Positions 36,767-46,700 are shown, counted from the first letter of the stretch. The stretch: DNA of 64,000 nt from Patescibacteria group bacterium (GCA_028707065.1 JAQTUZ010000001.1:1551-65550), one strand, 5' to 3'. Notes: a model not told the origin generated them from the sequence alone. Translations and numbers: made by a program.

Positions 36767-37078
36767 ATGATAAGTCCCGAAACCGTATTTGATTATTGCG
36801 TCAGGAAGCTGACCGAGCAAATCCGCGAATGCACTTTCAAGCCCCGGCTCCCCGATTCCGAAGGAATTGTTGATGAGGCAATCGCCAAAGCTTATCTCAA
36901 ATTACGCGAAGCCGCAGTGGTCGGACCCATCTATAAAGCATTACGGGACAAAAATCCGGATGAATACGGTTACCATGAGTTCGACCGCGATTACGGGAAA
37001 TACATCTGGGACAAGGGATACCAGTGGGTCAAGGGGATCATCGGCGAAGAACCTCTGTACGTAATCCACTTTCGATAA
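36767..37078 (+). CDS. Hypothetical small protein (paralog family with 37263..37586)
   Basis: GGGAGG SD; shared motif K.P(D/E).Y.(Y/F).(E/D)F(D/E)(R/K).(Y/F)G...WD. Confidence 0.5.
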   Translation: MISPETVFDYCVRKLTEQIRECTFKPRLPDSEGIVDEAIAKAYLKLREAAVVGPIYKALRDKNPDEYGYHEFDRDYGKYIWDKGYQWVKGIIGEEPLYVIHFR

Positions 37079-37262
37079 AGAAATAGGGGAATAAAGGGTT
37101 GTTTGGAATTCCAAGCGACCTTTTTTATTTTCTACTTATTCGGTCTCGATTACGGATTTTAACCATGCGGACCATTTGACAGTTTTAAGGGAAAAGACTA
37201 AGGTAAATTGAAAACTTAATCGCTCCTTTTGCCCTAAAATCTTTTTCCCCGAGAGGTGTTTT

Positions 37263-37586
37263 ATGGTTACCAAGGAAATTATTCGCCGCTTTTTCATCCA
37301 AAAACTGGCGAGCATAATCAGCCAACATTCGGAAAAAGGATTGCCGTTCTCTCCGGAAGAATCAGTCAAAATCGATTGGTGGATGGCTGAAAGGTGCATC
37401 GACCGTTATTTTCCCCATCTGGTGGAAGAAACTCTCCAAAAGATAAACGAAGAAAAACCGGAAAAATACGACTTTGCAGATTTCGAAAAAGGCTTTGGGT
37501 TCATGGTCTGGGACACGCTTTTCATAAGAAACGTCTCAGTCTGCCTGACCGCTCCTTTTTACGAAAACGTCTGGATTTACAAATAA
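37263..37586 (+). CDS. Hypothetical small protein, paralog of 36767..37078
   Basis: GAGAGG SD; shared KPEKYDFADFEKGFGFMVWD motif. Confidence 0.5.
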   Translation: MVTKEIIRRFFIQKLASIISQHSEKGLPFSPEESVKIDWWMAERCIDRYFPHLVEETLQKINEEKPEKYDFADFEKGFGFMVWDTLFIRNVSVCLTAPFYENVWIYK

Positions 37587-37651
37587 TAATTCCGGCCGCT
37601 ATTTACCCGAAGTTACTTAGGCAACTAAGTAACTTTTTTATTTTCCTTTAT

Positions 37652-38737
37652 TTATTTTAGGGATTTTCTTATTATATTCTCTTCAACGGCAAAAGCAAAT
37701 TGTCCTTCCTTTTGTTTAACTGTTCCGATTTTTATCGGCAGAACAAAACGCGGACTGCCGGATTGCGCTTTTTTATCATACTCCATTATCTCAACGAGCT
37801 TATTAATATTACCTTTATAAACAGTAGGCAACCCAGCGGAATGAATAAGTTCATTCTGACTGCTCAAGTCAGCGTCGCTTAAAAGCCCGAGCAAATTAGA
37901 AATTTTTCCTTCAAAAACCATCCCCAACGCGACCGCCTCACCATGAGAAATCTTATAGTTCTCAATCGTTTCAATGGCATGGCCGATAGTGTGGCCGTAG
38001 TTCAAAATTGTTCTTTCCCCAGATTCTTTTTCGTCTTTGCTGACAATCGCCGCTTTAATTTTGGCCGCTCTTTCAATAATTTCCACCAATTCTTTTTCTC
38101 CAAGATTTGAATAATTATTTTGTAAAAATTCATATAATTTAGCATCTTTGATCGTTCCGTATTTTATCAATTCCGCCAAACCATTTTTAATTTCTTTTTT
38201 CGGCAAAGTGTTTAAAAAATTTATAGCGGTAATCACGGCGACCGGCTGATAAAAAGCGCCGAATAAATTTTTTCCTTCGGGCATGTCCACTCCGGTTTTT
38301 CCGCCAATACTACTGTCCACTTGAGCCAGCAAAGTTGTCGGTATTTGAATAAATTTAATTCCTCTTTCGAAAATAGAAGCCAAAAATCCGGCTAAATCAC
38401 CAACCACTCCGCCACCCAAAGCGATTATCATCGATTCTCTACCAAAACCATTTTTAATCATTTTTCGGCCAAGAGAAATAACCGTGGCGAATGTTTTTGA
38501 TTTCTCGCCAGCTGTAAAACTAAATACTTTTGAAAACAAGCCGGCTTGATTAAGTTTTTTTCCCAAATCTACGGCATAAAGCTTCCCGACATTCGAATCT
38601 GTAATGATAGCAAATTTACCGCAGCCGAATTTTTTGAAATTTTCTTCAGCAACAATACCTTTTCCGATTTTTATCGGATAACTATTATTTTCAAGATTTA
38701 CAATTATTTCAACCATAAATGTCAGGAATAAACCCAC
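37652..38737 (-). CDS. aroB: 3-dehydroquinate synthase
   Basis: GGGVVGDLAGF and metal-binding motifs, 361 aa. Confidence 0.85.
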   Translation of the reverse strand: MGLFLTFMVEIIVNLENNSYPIKIGKGIVAEENFKKFGCGKFAIITDSNVGKLYAVDLGKKLNQAGLFSKVFSFTAGEKSKTFATVISLGRKMIKNGFGRESMIIALGGGVVGDLAGFLASIFERGIKFIQIPTTLLAQVDSSIGGKTGVDMPEGKNLFGAFYQPVAVITAINFLNTLPKKEIKNGLAELIKYGTIKDAKLYEFLQNNYSNLGEKELVEIIERAAKIKAAIVSKDEKESGERTILNYGHTIGHAIETIENYKISHGEAVALGMVFEGKISNLLGLLSDADLSSQNELIHSAGLPTVYKGNINKLVEIMEYDKKAQSGSPRFVLPIKIGTVKQKEGQFAFAVEENIIRKSLK

Positions 38738-38769
38738 CCTTCCGCCAGCTGGCGGATCGCCGGGCTCGG

Positions 38770-38820
38770 CACCCCTCCCCCACGCATCGCTATTGCTTTA
38801 CGGGGCAGGCAAGAGGGGAA
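38770..38820. repeat. Repeat family 8, copy B (C-tract motif CACCCCTCCCCCACGCATCGCT..GCTTTACGGGGCAGGCAAGAGGGGA)
   Basis: Related to 14361..14420. The palindrome TCCGCCAGCTGGCGGAT at 38741..38757 is identical to one inside family-3 copy C (42459..42475). Confidence 0.6.
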
Positions 38821-38850
38821 TTAAAAACGTTACGCATTATGAGTTATGAG

Positions 38851-40104
38851 TTATGCGTTACGCGAGGTGGGCAGCGGAAATTTTCCGCAAAGTTTTTTCA
38901 CTTCTTTTTTCAGCTCGGCCAATTTCGTTTCGTCATTTTTATTCATTATCGCCTGGTCGATCCACTCGGCGATTTTCGTCATTTCCGCTTCTTTCATGCC
39001 GCGGGTGGTAATCGCCGGCGTGCCCAGGCGGATCCCGGAAGGATCCATGGGCGAGCGGGGATCATCCGGCACCATATTTTTATTGACCGTGATTCCGGCC
39101 TTATCTAAAGCGATTTGCGCCTCTTTACCGCTGATATTTTTATTGGTGACATCGATCAACAATAAATGATTGTCAGTTTGCCCGAAACAAATACGATAAT
39201 CGCGTTTCTTAAATTCTTTTTCCAAAACTTTGGCGTTCGCCATTATCTGGCGGGCATATTCTTTAAAACTCGGCTCGAGCGCTTCCTTAAAAGCCACAGC
39301 CTTGGCGGCAATATTATTTTCATGCGGGCCGCCCTGAAATCCGGGGAAGACCGACTTGTCGATCGCCTTGGCGAACTTTTCTTTGCACATGATCATGCCG
39401 CCGCGGGGGCCGCGCAAAGTTTTGTGCGTGGTCGTGGTAACAATATCGAGGATCGGCACCGGATTATTCATCGCCCCGCCGGCAATCAGCCCGGCGATGT
39501 GAGCGATGTCAGCCATGGTAATGGCGCCGACTTCATCGGCAATCGCTTGAATTTTTTGATAATCGATTTCGCGCGAATAAGCGCTATAGCCCACCAAAAT
39601 TAATTTCGGTTTATGCTCGATCGCCATTTGGCGGAGATTATCCAGATCGATCACACCCGCGGCGTTCGTCTTATAGCGGACAAAATTAAAAATTTTCGCC
39701 ATATAAGTTACCGGGTGGCCGTGCGTCAGATGTCCGCCATGCGATAAATCCATGCCCAAAATCGTATCGCCCGGTTCAAGCAAGGCAAAATAGACGGCAA
39801 TATTGGCCGGCGCGCCCGAAAGCGGCTGGACATTGACGTGCTCGGCGCCAAAAATTTTCTTGGCCCGCTCGATCGCCAGCGTTTCGACTTCATCGATAAA
39901 TTGGCAGCCGCCATAATAACGCTTGCCGCAATAACCTTCGGAATATTTATTGGTCAGCACCGAGCCGAGCGCTTCCAGCACGGCCGGTGAAACGAAATTT
40001 TCCGATGGGATCATCTCCAGACCCTCTTCCTGCCGCTTGGTTTCTCTGGCCAAGGCCGCGTAAATTTCCTGATCCTCTTTTTTTAAATTTTTATATTTAA
40101 ACAT
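38851..40104 (-). CDS. glyA: Serine hydroxymethyltransferase
   Basis: Full-length SHMT similarity with the PLP-lysine region, 417 aa. Confidence 0.95.
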   Translation of the reverse strand: MFKYKNLKKEDQEIYAALARETKRQEEGLEMIPSENFVSPAVLEALGSVLTNKYSEGYCGKRYYGGCQFIDEVETLAIERAKKIFGAEHVNVQPLSGAPANIAVYFALLEPGDTILGMDLSHGGHLTHGHPVTYMAKIFNFVRYKTNAAGVIDLDNLRQMAIEHKPKLILVGYSAYSREIDYQKIQAIADEVGAITMADIAHIAGLIAGGAMNNPVPILDIVTTTTHKTLRGPRGGMIMCKEKFAKAIDKSVFPGFQGGPHENNIAAKAVAFKEALEPSFKEYARQIMANAKVLEKEFKKRDYRICFGQTDNHLLLIDVTNKNISGKEAQIALDKAGITVNKNMVPDDPRSPMDPSGIRLGTPAITTRGMKEAEMTKIAEWIDQAIMNKNDETKLAELKKEVKKLCGKFPLPTSRNA

Positions 40105-40323
40105 AGCAAAGAATTGTTAAAAATTATTAAAATCCGGCTAATTGCCGCCTATTACACCATAAGGCCCAAAATTATGACTAATGTCTTAATATTACAGCCT
40201 AAAATTCGCTCTGTCAAAACTAAAAATCCAAAAAAACAATAATTTCTTTGACAAATTATTTTTTATAAATTATTATATTTAGTTCCCTGTTTTTTCACTT
40301 ACCAAAAAAGAAAGGTCGTATCC

Positions 40324-40758
40324 ATGGATCAAACAAAAGCTGTTGCCCGGCAAAAAACTTCCCCGGGATCCGTGGCAGAGGCGATTGTCTTTGCTCCGGG
40401 TAAAACGATGTGTTCGATTTTTTTTCTTCCCAAATCCTGCCGCGATCGCGCCGTAGTCCCGATAGTTTATGAATATTTCTATGACGACGAAAATCTTGCC
40501 GCTCTGTTGAGAGCCAACTCGCGGGAGCAAAACGTCGTCAGACAAATTATTTTGCTCGGCGGCAAATACCTTGTTTCGACCGCCACCGGGACGATCATGG
40601 ATTTTAACCTGCCCGGGCTGCCCAAAACCGAACAGCTCGATTATTGTTCTTTTTCCAAAAAAAATATCGAGGCCGCCAAACGATTGGTAATGGCCGCGGA
40701 GATTGAACAGGCGGTGGCCGCCCTGATCTACTGGCCAAAAACGCAGGGCGAAGCATAA
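40324..40758 (+). CDS. Hypothetical protein
   Basis: 144 aa with an SD-like AAAGAAAGG and a convincing downstream terminator; the overlapping minus-strand ORF is rejected. Confidence 0.5.
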   Translation: MDQTKAVARQKTSPGSVAEAIVFAPGKTMCSIFFLPKSCRDRAVVPIVYEYFYDDENLAALLRANSREQNVVRQIILLGGKYLVSTATGTIMDFNLPGLPKTEQLDYCSFSKKNIEAAKRLVMAAEIEQAVAALIYWPKTQGEA

Positions 40759-40789
40759 GCAATCCCGGCTCAATCTATTTTTCGTATTA

Positions 40790-40830
40790 CAAAACCGTTA
40801 AACCCCGGCCAGGCTTAACGGTTTTTTCTT
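40790..40830 (+). terminator. Intrinsic terminator
   Basis: AACCGTTAA-13nt-TTAACGGTT followed by TTTT. Confidence 0.65.
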
Positions 40831-40839
40831 TTAGCCGCT

Positions 40840-41436
40840 TTATTGTCCGGTCGAATCCTGCGGGATAATTTCGAACCGAGCGGCCATTTCCGCAAAGATC
40901 GCGTCATATTGGCAAGAATTTTCCACGCAATAATGCTGCAATTTATAGAGAATGTCGCCGGAGACGGCGTTGATCTGGGTAATGGAAATCCTTTTGCCGA
41001 TAATTTGATTGACGTATTTTTCCTCCCGGCCCAAAAGCGGCCCGACTTTGACCGGCTCGGTCGAAGTAACAAATTGCAAGCCCGGAATGCCTTTTTGATT
41101 ATTGGCAAAATCCTCTTTCATAAATTCCGCCAGAGTAGTGGTGCTGTTCTTGGGCAGGGAATAAACGGAGATTACCACTTTTTCCGCCACGGTATTGGTC
41201 GCGATCGAACCCGGCGGCAAATAAAAAAGAAACATTCCCTGCTTTTGTTCCTGCCAATCGCCCGGAATGTAAACGCTCAAAGTTTTGTGCGTCATCTTTT
41301 GGGGATTCTTAATCGCGCCAAAATCATGCCCGTTTTTGTCGGCCGTATTTTGCTGCGGTAAAAAATTAATAAAAGCGCAGCCGCTAAGCGAGAGCGCCAG
41401 AAAAAAAATCACGGTTAAAAAAATTTTATTTTTCAT
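40840..41436 (-). CDS. Lipoprotein, hypothetical
   Basis: Signal peptide with lipobox LSLSGC, 198 aa. Confidence 0.5.
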   Translation of the reverse strand: MKNKIFLTVIFFLALSLSGCAFINFLPQQNTADKNGHDFGAIKNPQKMTHKTLSVYIPGDWQEQKQGMFLFYLPPGSIATNTVAEKVVISVYSLPKNSTTTLAEFMKEDFANNQKGIPGLQFVTSTEPVKVGPLLGREEKYVNQIIGKRISITQINAVSGDILYKLQHYCVENSCQYDAIFAEMAARFEIIPQDSTGQ

Positions 41437-42361
41437 TTGCTTTTAATGATATTTTTTTAAGATGATGGCATGATTTAAGGAAAAAATAGCCGACCACCGC
41501 GAAAGTCACCAGCGGCGAAAGGTAATTCGGGATATTCACTCCGAAAGAATCGAAGAGCATGATGGCGCCGAGAAAAAAAATCGAATACATCGCTCCGTTT
41601 TTCAAAAATAAATATTTTTTTATTCTTTCAATATTGCTGATGGTAAATTTTCTCACCACATAAGCGCCCAAACCGTTGCCCGCGATGATCAGCGGCACCG
41701 AAAGAGTAAAGGCAAAAGCGCCCAGCACGCCGTCGATGGAAAAAGTCGCGTCGATTATTTCCAAAAACATTATTTTGCTCACATCGGACAAGCCGCTGCC
41801 GGATAATTTCCGTTCGCTTTCTTCGGCGTTTTGCTTAAAACCATGGGTGATAAAAAAGGCGGTGGAACCGACCACGGCGCCAAAAGCGAGCATCGGACTC
41901 TCCTTCAGGGCAAACCAGACGATCACCGCCAATAAAAAAGAAACGACGGCAAAAAACCAAACGCCCTGGGACTCGATGAATTTTTCGCCATACAGGCCGT
42001 AATTCTTCGGCTCCAAAAAGAGCCAATGAAAAAATAAGAATATCAAGAATACGCCGCCGCCGATCAAAAGCGTCGGCGCGGAAAGTTCGATCGCCCTAAG
42101 GACGGAAGGGTCGTTGGAAAAGGACGCCACCAGCGCGCCAACCGGTCCGAGCGACGGCGTTACTCCCCAAACGATCGCCCAAGGCAGCAAGCCCCTGACC
42201 ACAAAGACCGCGAAGATCAAGCCCCAAAGCAAAAACCACCGGCGGGCGCGGGCGCCCATCGTGGAAAGAACTTGCGCATTGATAATGGCATTATCAATGC
42301 TGGAAATCGTCTCAAACAGACAAAGTCCGACAATGATGATTAGGATAGAAAATAAATCCAT
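41426..42361 (-). CDS. TerC-family integral membrane protein
   Basis: Multi-TM protein with the N-terminal ISSIDNAI motif characteristic of TerC/YjbE. Confidence 0.75.
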   Translation of the reverse strand: MDLFSILIIIVGLCLFETISSIDNAIINAQVLSTMGARARRWFLLWGLIFAVFVVRGLLPWAIVWGVTPSLGPVGALVASFSNDPSVLRAIELSAPTLLIGGGVFLIFLFFHWLFLEPKNYGLYGEKFIESQGVWFFAVVSFLLAVIVWFALKESPMLAFGAVVGSTAFFITHGFKQNAEESERKLSGSGLSDVSKIMFLEIIDATFSIDGVLGAFAFTLSVPLIIAGNGLGAYVVRKFTISNIERIKKYLFLKNGAMYSIFFLGAIMLFDSFGVNIPNYLSPLVTFAVVGYFFLKSCHHLKKISLKANEK

Positions 42362-42368
42362 AAAAATA

Positions 42369-42493
42369 ATATAATCTGAATACTACAAATTGTATCCGAA
42401 TTCTACGAACTCTACAAATCGAAAAATTTTCCGTAAAAAACGTTCGTAGTATTCGGTCCGCCAGCTGGCGGATTTCGTAGGTTCGGATTATAT
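42369..42493. mobile_element. Repeat family 3, copy C
   Basis: TIRs ATAATCTGAATACTACAAATT ... TTTCGTAGGTTCGGATTATAT; ends 8 nt upstream of the terC start. Confidence 0.75.
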
Positions 42494-42496
42494 TTT

Positions 42497-42865
42497 TTAT
42501 CGAGCTAAGCTTCCAATATAATATTGTTCCAAGGTCTGCCGGTCGATGTCAAAATTAGGCTGACCGGAATTTTTCTCGTCGGCATCAAAAACGGCGGTGG
42601 CGTCGCGGCCGCAATAAGCCGCGATAGCCGCTTCTTTGTCCGGATTAGGCGCGACATGATCGGTGATGTTGTAAATATTATTATTGACCACCAGCCAGCA
42701 ATCGGTCGACGAATTATGCTCAGCCACGGTCAAGAAGGGAATGCCGGTTTTCACCGCCGGTGCCGGAACGACAACCGATTTTTTCGCGCCGCAAGCGGAA
42801 ACCAAGCAAAGAACAAAGAACAAAGAACAAAGAACAAGAATTTTTCTCTTACTCATAGCTGGCAA
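42497..42865 (-). CDS. Secreted protein with a cytochrome b5-like heme/steroid-binding-like domain
   Basis: Signal peptide and an AEHNSSTDCWLVVNNNIYNITD segment resembling the cyt-b5 fold, though the HPGG motif is absent. Confidence 0.4.
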   Translation of the reverse strand: MPAMSKRKILVLCSLFFVLCLVSACGAKKSVVVPAPAVKTGIPFLTVAEHNSSTDCWLVVNNNIYNITDHVAPNPDKEAAIAAYCGRDATAVFDADEKNSGQPNFDIDRQTLEQYYIGSLAR

Positions 42866-42874
42866 ATTTAAAAA

Positions 42875-43954
42875 TTATTTTAATCGTTTCTGCAACTTTT
42901 TGATCGTTTCGCTGAAACTTTCTTTGAAAAAATTATAAGCTTTGTATTGCGAAGGCCGGCCGACCAATTCGAGAAATCCAAAACCTGACGCTTTCCGATT
43001 GCCAAAATAGCCGGAAACGGCCAGCGGTCCTTCCCAATAATTGATCGTGCCAAAGATCATTTCCTGATTTTTAATCAGCGGCGCGACTCGCAATTTTATT
43101 TTTTTCGCCGGTATTTCAATCAGCCAATTGAGCGGATACTTGGCTTTGGTCTTCGGGCTGGCCCACGCTTTGCCGATCGGCGTGAAAATAACTTCGGTCA
43201 AATGTTCAGTCTTGCCGTTAGGATAAGAAATATCAGCCAAAGTCATTTTTTTATTCTGGCTCGATAACTCGAAACAAACCATTTCCGTATTATCATCCAG
43301 CTGCAGCGAAAACCAATTCCACTCATCTTTAGCATAGGGCGCATTCGCCCATTGGTGATCCATCCAGGATTTGCCCGTCACTTTTATTTTCTGGCCGCCG
43401 ATCTTGATCTCGCCTTCAGTTTTTAAGTTGGTCAACGAATAATAATAGCTGCTCCTTTTACCCAGATCAAGCTGGCCCTGGCCGCCCTCCAAAAGCGGTT
43501 TTTTGGTCGAGGTTAAAATCAAATCAAAATTTTGGGATTTAATTTGATATTTAAACGGCGCGGTTTCCACCATTGCCGAAACAAGATACCCGTCAAGAAA
43601 ATTAGTGTCAATATAATTGACGAACAAAAGCGGCTGGCGAAAACTGTCCCGCGAGATGAGAGAAACATAATCGATCACCGGATAGGATTTTTGTTTTTTG
43701 ATATCCGACAGAATTGAATGCGAAAAATAAGCTTTGGCAAACGGCATTTTTATGAACGGCAAATTGACCTTTTTCGGTTTGGCCTGAAAAAGGCAGTCCA
43801 TAAAAGCATAACGGTTACCCGCCTTGTCTTGGAGGTTGCCGTTCCAATACCACCACTCGATTATCTTGTCGTGCGCGAGCTCGTCTTGCGGAAACTTTAT
43901 CGCGTAACTCATAACGCGTAACGCGTAACGGAAAATCGTAAATCCGATTTTCAA
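42875..43954 (-). CDS. Hypothetical protein (possible AttH/CrtC-like lipocalin-fold hydratase family)
   Basis: 359 aa with a WYWNGNL motif; weak family guess. The N-terminus is encoded through a CGCGTAACGCGTAACG repeat. Confidence 0.35.
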   Translation of the reverse strand: MKIGFTIFRYALRVMSYAIKFPQDELAHDKIIEWWYWNGNLQDKAGNRYAFMDCLFQAKPKKVNLPFIKMPFAKAYFSHSILSDIKKQKSYPVIDYVSLISRDSFRQPLLFVNYIDTNFLDGYLVSAMVETAPFKYQIKSQNFDLILTSTKKPLLEGGQGQLDLGKRSSYYYSLTNLKTEGEIKIGGQKIKVTGKSWMDHQWANAPYAKDEWNWFSLQLDDNTEMVCFELSSQNKKMTLADISYPNGKTEHLTEVIFTPIGKAWASPKTKAKYPLNWLIEIPAKKIKLRVAPLIKNQEMIFGTINYWEGPLAVSGYFGNRKASGFGFLELVGRPSQYKAYNFFKESFSETIKKLQKRLK

Positions 43955-44083
43955 TAATTGATTACGTTGGCGTTTTTATACCTCCATTATACCACAAAAC
44001 ACCATTAAAAATCTTTTGGATAAAAAATCCTCTTGCTGTCAAAGACAAGCAAGAGGAGGGGTTAAAGAAAAAAGTGACAAGTT

Positions 44084-44665
44084 TTAAACTGTTACGGAAC
44101 GGGAACGAAGAGTGTCATGGGAGAAGGACGGATCGTGCCGGTAGACCTCAACCTCATCGATGCCGAAGAAGACGTGCGGCACGCGGCCATCAGAATAGCG
44201 CGAACCCGGGCACAAAGAAATACTATTAACATCGATTGGGGCTCCGCACGTTAGAAAATTCTCGAGGGAAAACTGCGAGACCTCAAGCGAGGTCATCGTT
44301 TCAATGCCGCGTTCCCAGATTTTTTCCGCTGAAAGCAATTTTAGCTCTGCGTCGCCCTTATTCGCTTCGCGATGGCCGCCGTGACGGATAATATAACTTT
44401 GATCCGGCCAACGGTCGTGTTTAGCTTTCCCTAAAATATCAAGTTCGGGTGAAAAAGAATAATCAATACCCAATTTTTCCCGGAAAACTTTTTGGATCAA
44501 CGCATGAGTAAACCCTCGGGGGACGATCAAAAACGGCAAAGATAAACCGTTTTTTTCAATCGATTTTTCCATCACCGCCTGCAATACAACGATTTCCCCT
44601 AGGCGCAACCCATAAATTAGCCGGCAAAAATCATCCTTTTCTTGCAAAAACAGCCTGCAATCCAT
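44084..44665 (-). CDS. Hypothetical protein
   Basis: 193-aa ORF. Confidence 0.4.
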   Translation of the reverse strand: MDCRLFLQEKDDFCRLIYGLRLGEIVVLQAVMEKSIEKNGLSLPFLIVPRGFTHALIQKVFREKLGIDYSFSPELDILGKAKHDRWPDQSYIIRHGGHREANKGDAELKLLSAEKIWERGIETMTSLEVSQFSLENFLTCGAPIDVNSISLCPGSRYSDGRVPHVFFGIDEVEVYRHDPSFSHDTLRSRSVTV

Positions 44666-44750
44666 AATAAACCGCCTTTCTTTTTTATTTCTTAATTTTA
44701 AAAATGTTCAAACGAAATTTACCCGAATTTAGCATAAAAAATAAAATCTG

Positions 44751-46559
44751 TCAATTCTGCCCATTTTTTTTAACCATATATCCTTCTTCAAGGCGATAGC
44801 CGAGCTTTTTATAATAACCGCGCGTGCCGATCCCGGCGATAACCGCAATTTGATTAAAATTATTCTGTCGGGCGATCTTTTCCGCTTCGGCCAAAAGTTT
44901 TCTTCCCAATCCGCCGTGCTGGATTCCCCCCTCCTTTTCAAGGAGGGGTTTGGGGGTGGTTCTCCCGCCGACCGGCACCAGCTCGCCATACACATGCAAC
45001 TCTCTAACTATTGCCGAATTATTTAAAAAAGAATATTTTTCATCCGCTATCTTTTTGTCATCCTGAGCGCCGCGCGAAGGATCTATTGTCCGAGAAATTT
45101 TCAATTTCGCAATAAAAAATTTTGATTGAATAAAATCGGCGTTCTTACAAAATAGATCCTTCGTCAGGGACTCAGGATGACAAAGAAACGGAAGGCGTAA
45201 ACGGCAAAAACCGTAAAGCGTTTTCCCGTCTTGTGAATCAAAAGAAATGAAATATTCCTGTCCGCCCGACGCGGGATATTCTTGAATATTCAATTTCAAC
45301 TTTCCAGCTTTAATAGTTTTATCTTTAACTTCGCGGCAGCGGATGCAGCGGCAGCGCGCGCCTTCCTGCTGCATAACCTGGCGCAGATTAGTGATCGTGT
45401 TTCCCGCTTCGATCGATTCGCCGGGAATATCGCGGATCAATCTGATAATCCGGACATATTCGGGCACTGCTTTTTTGCAATCGATAATTAGCTGACGCAA
45501 AACTTTATCGGAGTACGGGCGATATTTGCCAGCCTTCCACCATCGATAAAGTTTTGAACCCTTAGTCACGACTGTCGGATAAAATTTTATCTGGTCCGGC
45601 TGGAAGCGCTCGTCAGAAAATGATTGCTTGAACATCGCCAGATCTTTTTTAGCCGTCGCGCCGGGCAAGCCCGGCATCAGATGATACGTGACTTTGAACC
45701 CAAAATTTTTCAGCAGTTCGGTCGCGCGGACAATTTCGGCCACGCCGTGACCGCGATTATTTTTCGCCAAAATTTTATCATCGACCGCCTGCACGCCCAA
45801 CTCGACCCGCGTCGCGCCCAGCTCGCGCATTTCGATCAATTCTTTCTCATCAATATAATCGGGCCTCGTCTCCAAAGTAATACCGATAATCTTATATTTT
45901 GCTTTTTCGTTTTTCTTCTGCTCGGAAAATAATTGCTTTTTAGTTTCTTCCAGCTTTAACACACCCCGTCTTGCGCGGCGCAAGCCACCCCTCTCGAGAG
46001 GGGACTTCTTATTTAATGCCCCGTCGCAGTCTCCGCCGCGGGACTGCGACGAAAACTCATTTGCCGCGCGGAAGCATTCTTTGATAAACCAAAATTTATA
46101 AGCGCGGGGCAAGACGCTCCAAGTTCCGCCGATCACGATCAGTTCGATCTTTTCCGGGCGATGGCCATTGATCTCCAAAGCTTCCAAGCGCGTCCGCACC
46201 TGCTCGTACGGATCATATTTATTACGGATCGCCCGCATCACGGCCGGCTCGTTAGACAAATAACTTTTTGGCACGTTTTTTTCCGTGGGGCAAAACGCGC
46301 ACTTGCCCGGACATTTCCAAGGCTTGGTCAAAACCGCCACCGGCGCCACGCCGGAAAGCGTGCGCACGGCGCGCCGCTTTAACAGCCGCGCGAATTTTTC
46401 ATCGAATTTAACCCGGCCGCTTTTTACCAAAAGCAAATACTCCCGCCACAGTTCCGAATGCCGGGGAAGTTCTTCACCTTTTTTGACCAATTTCCGCTTC
46501 AGGGCCATCAATTCTGCGGCGGTTTTTGGTTTTTGCTTAATAATTTCACCGATCATCAT
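44751..46559 (-). CDS. Elp3-family radical SAM/GNAT protein (tRNA wobble-uridine modification homolog) carrying two in-frame repeat-element insertions
   Basis: CPGKCAFCP radical-SAM cysteine cluster. The C-terminal GNAT region (FCRLRLP..VRELHVYG..QHGGLGRKLL.EAEKIAR) resembles Elp3. Element copies at 45055..45183 and 45956..46004 sit in-frame. Confidence 0.75.
   Translation of the reverse strand: MMIGEIIKQKPKTAAELMALKRKLVKKGEELPRHSELWREYLLLVKSGRVKFDEKFARLLKRRAVRTLSGVAPVAVLTKPWKCPGKCAFCPTEKNVPKSYLSNEPAVMRAIRNKYDPYEQVRTRLEALEINGHRPEKIELIVIGGTWSVLPRAYKFWFIKECFRAANEFSSQSRGGDCDGALNKKSPLERGGLRRARRGVLKLEETKKQLFSEQKKNEKAKYKIIGITLETRPDYIDEKELIEMRELGATRVELGVQAVDDKILAKNNRGHGVAEIVRATELLKNFGFKVTYHLMPGLPGATAKKDLAMFKQSFSDERFQPDQIKFYPTVVTKGSKLYRWWKAGKYRPYSDKVLRQLIIDCKKAVPEYVRIIRLIRDIPGESIEAGNTITNLRQVMQQEGARCRCIRCREVKDKTIKAGKLKLNIQEYPASGGQEYFISFDSQDGKTLYGFCRLRLPFLCHPESLTKDLFCKNADFIQSKFFIAKLKISRTIDPSRGAQDDKKIADEKYSFLNNSAIVRELHVYGELVPVGGRTTPKPLLEKEGGIQHGGLGRKLLAEAEKIARQNNFNQIAVIAGIGTRGYYKKLGYRLEEGYMVKKNGQN
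45055..45183. mobile_element. Repeat family 4, copy 3, inserted in-frame in the GNAT domain of the Elp3-like gene
   Basis: TIRs TTGTCATCCTGAGCG.../...CTCAGGATGACAA; translated on the minus strand as LCHPESLTKDLFCKNADFIQSKFFIAKLKISRTIDPSRGAQDDK with no stop. Confidence 0.8.
45956..46004. repeat. Repeat family 7, copy iv, in-frame in the radical-SAM domain of the Elp3-like gene
   Basis: TTAACACACCCCGTCTTGCGCGGCGCAAGCCACCCCTCTCGAGAGGGGA encodes KSPLERGGLRRARRGVLK. Confidence 0.8.
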
Positions 46560-46700
46560 TGTTTAATTATACTGCTATCATATAAAACCACAAAACGTTG
46601 CTTGACAAATCGCAATTGCTATTATAAAGTAAGGGGATTTTTGAACCTTGCCAATTAAAATGGAAAATTTCATTTACCATCAACCAACAGAGGAGGCCTT

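Noticed and set aside
40279-40773. 164-aa minus-strand ORF overlapping 40324..40758
   Set aside because: The plus-strand ORF has an SD-like sequence and a clear plus-strand terminator right after its stop. The minus-strand ORF has neither.
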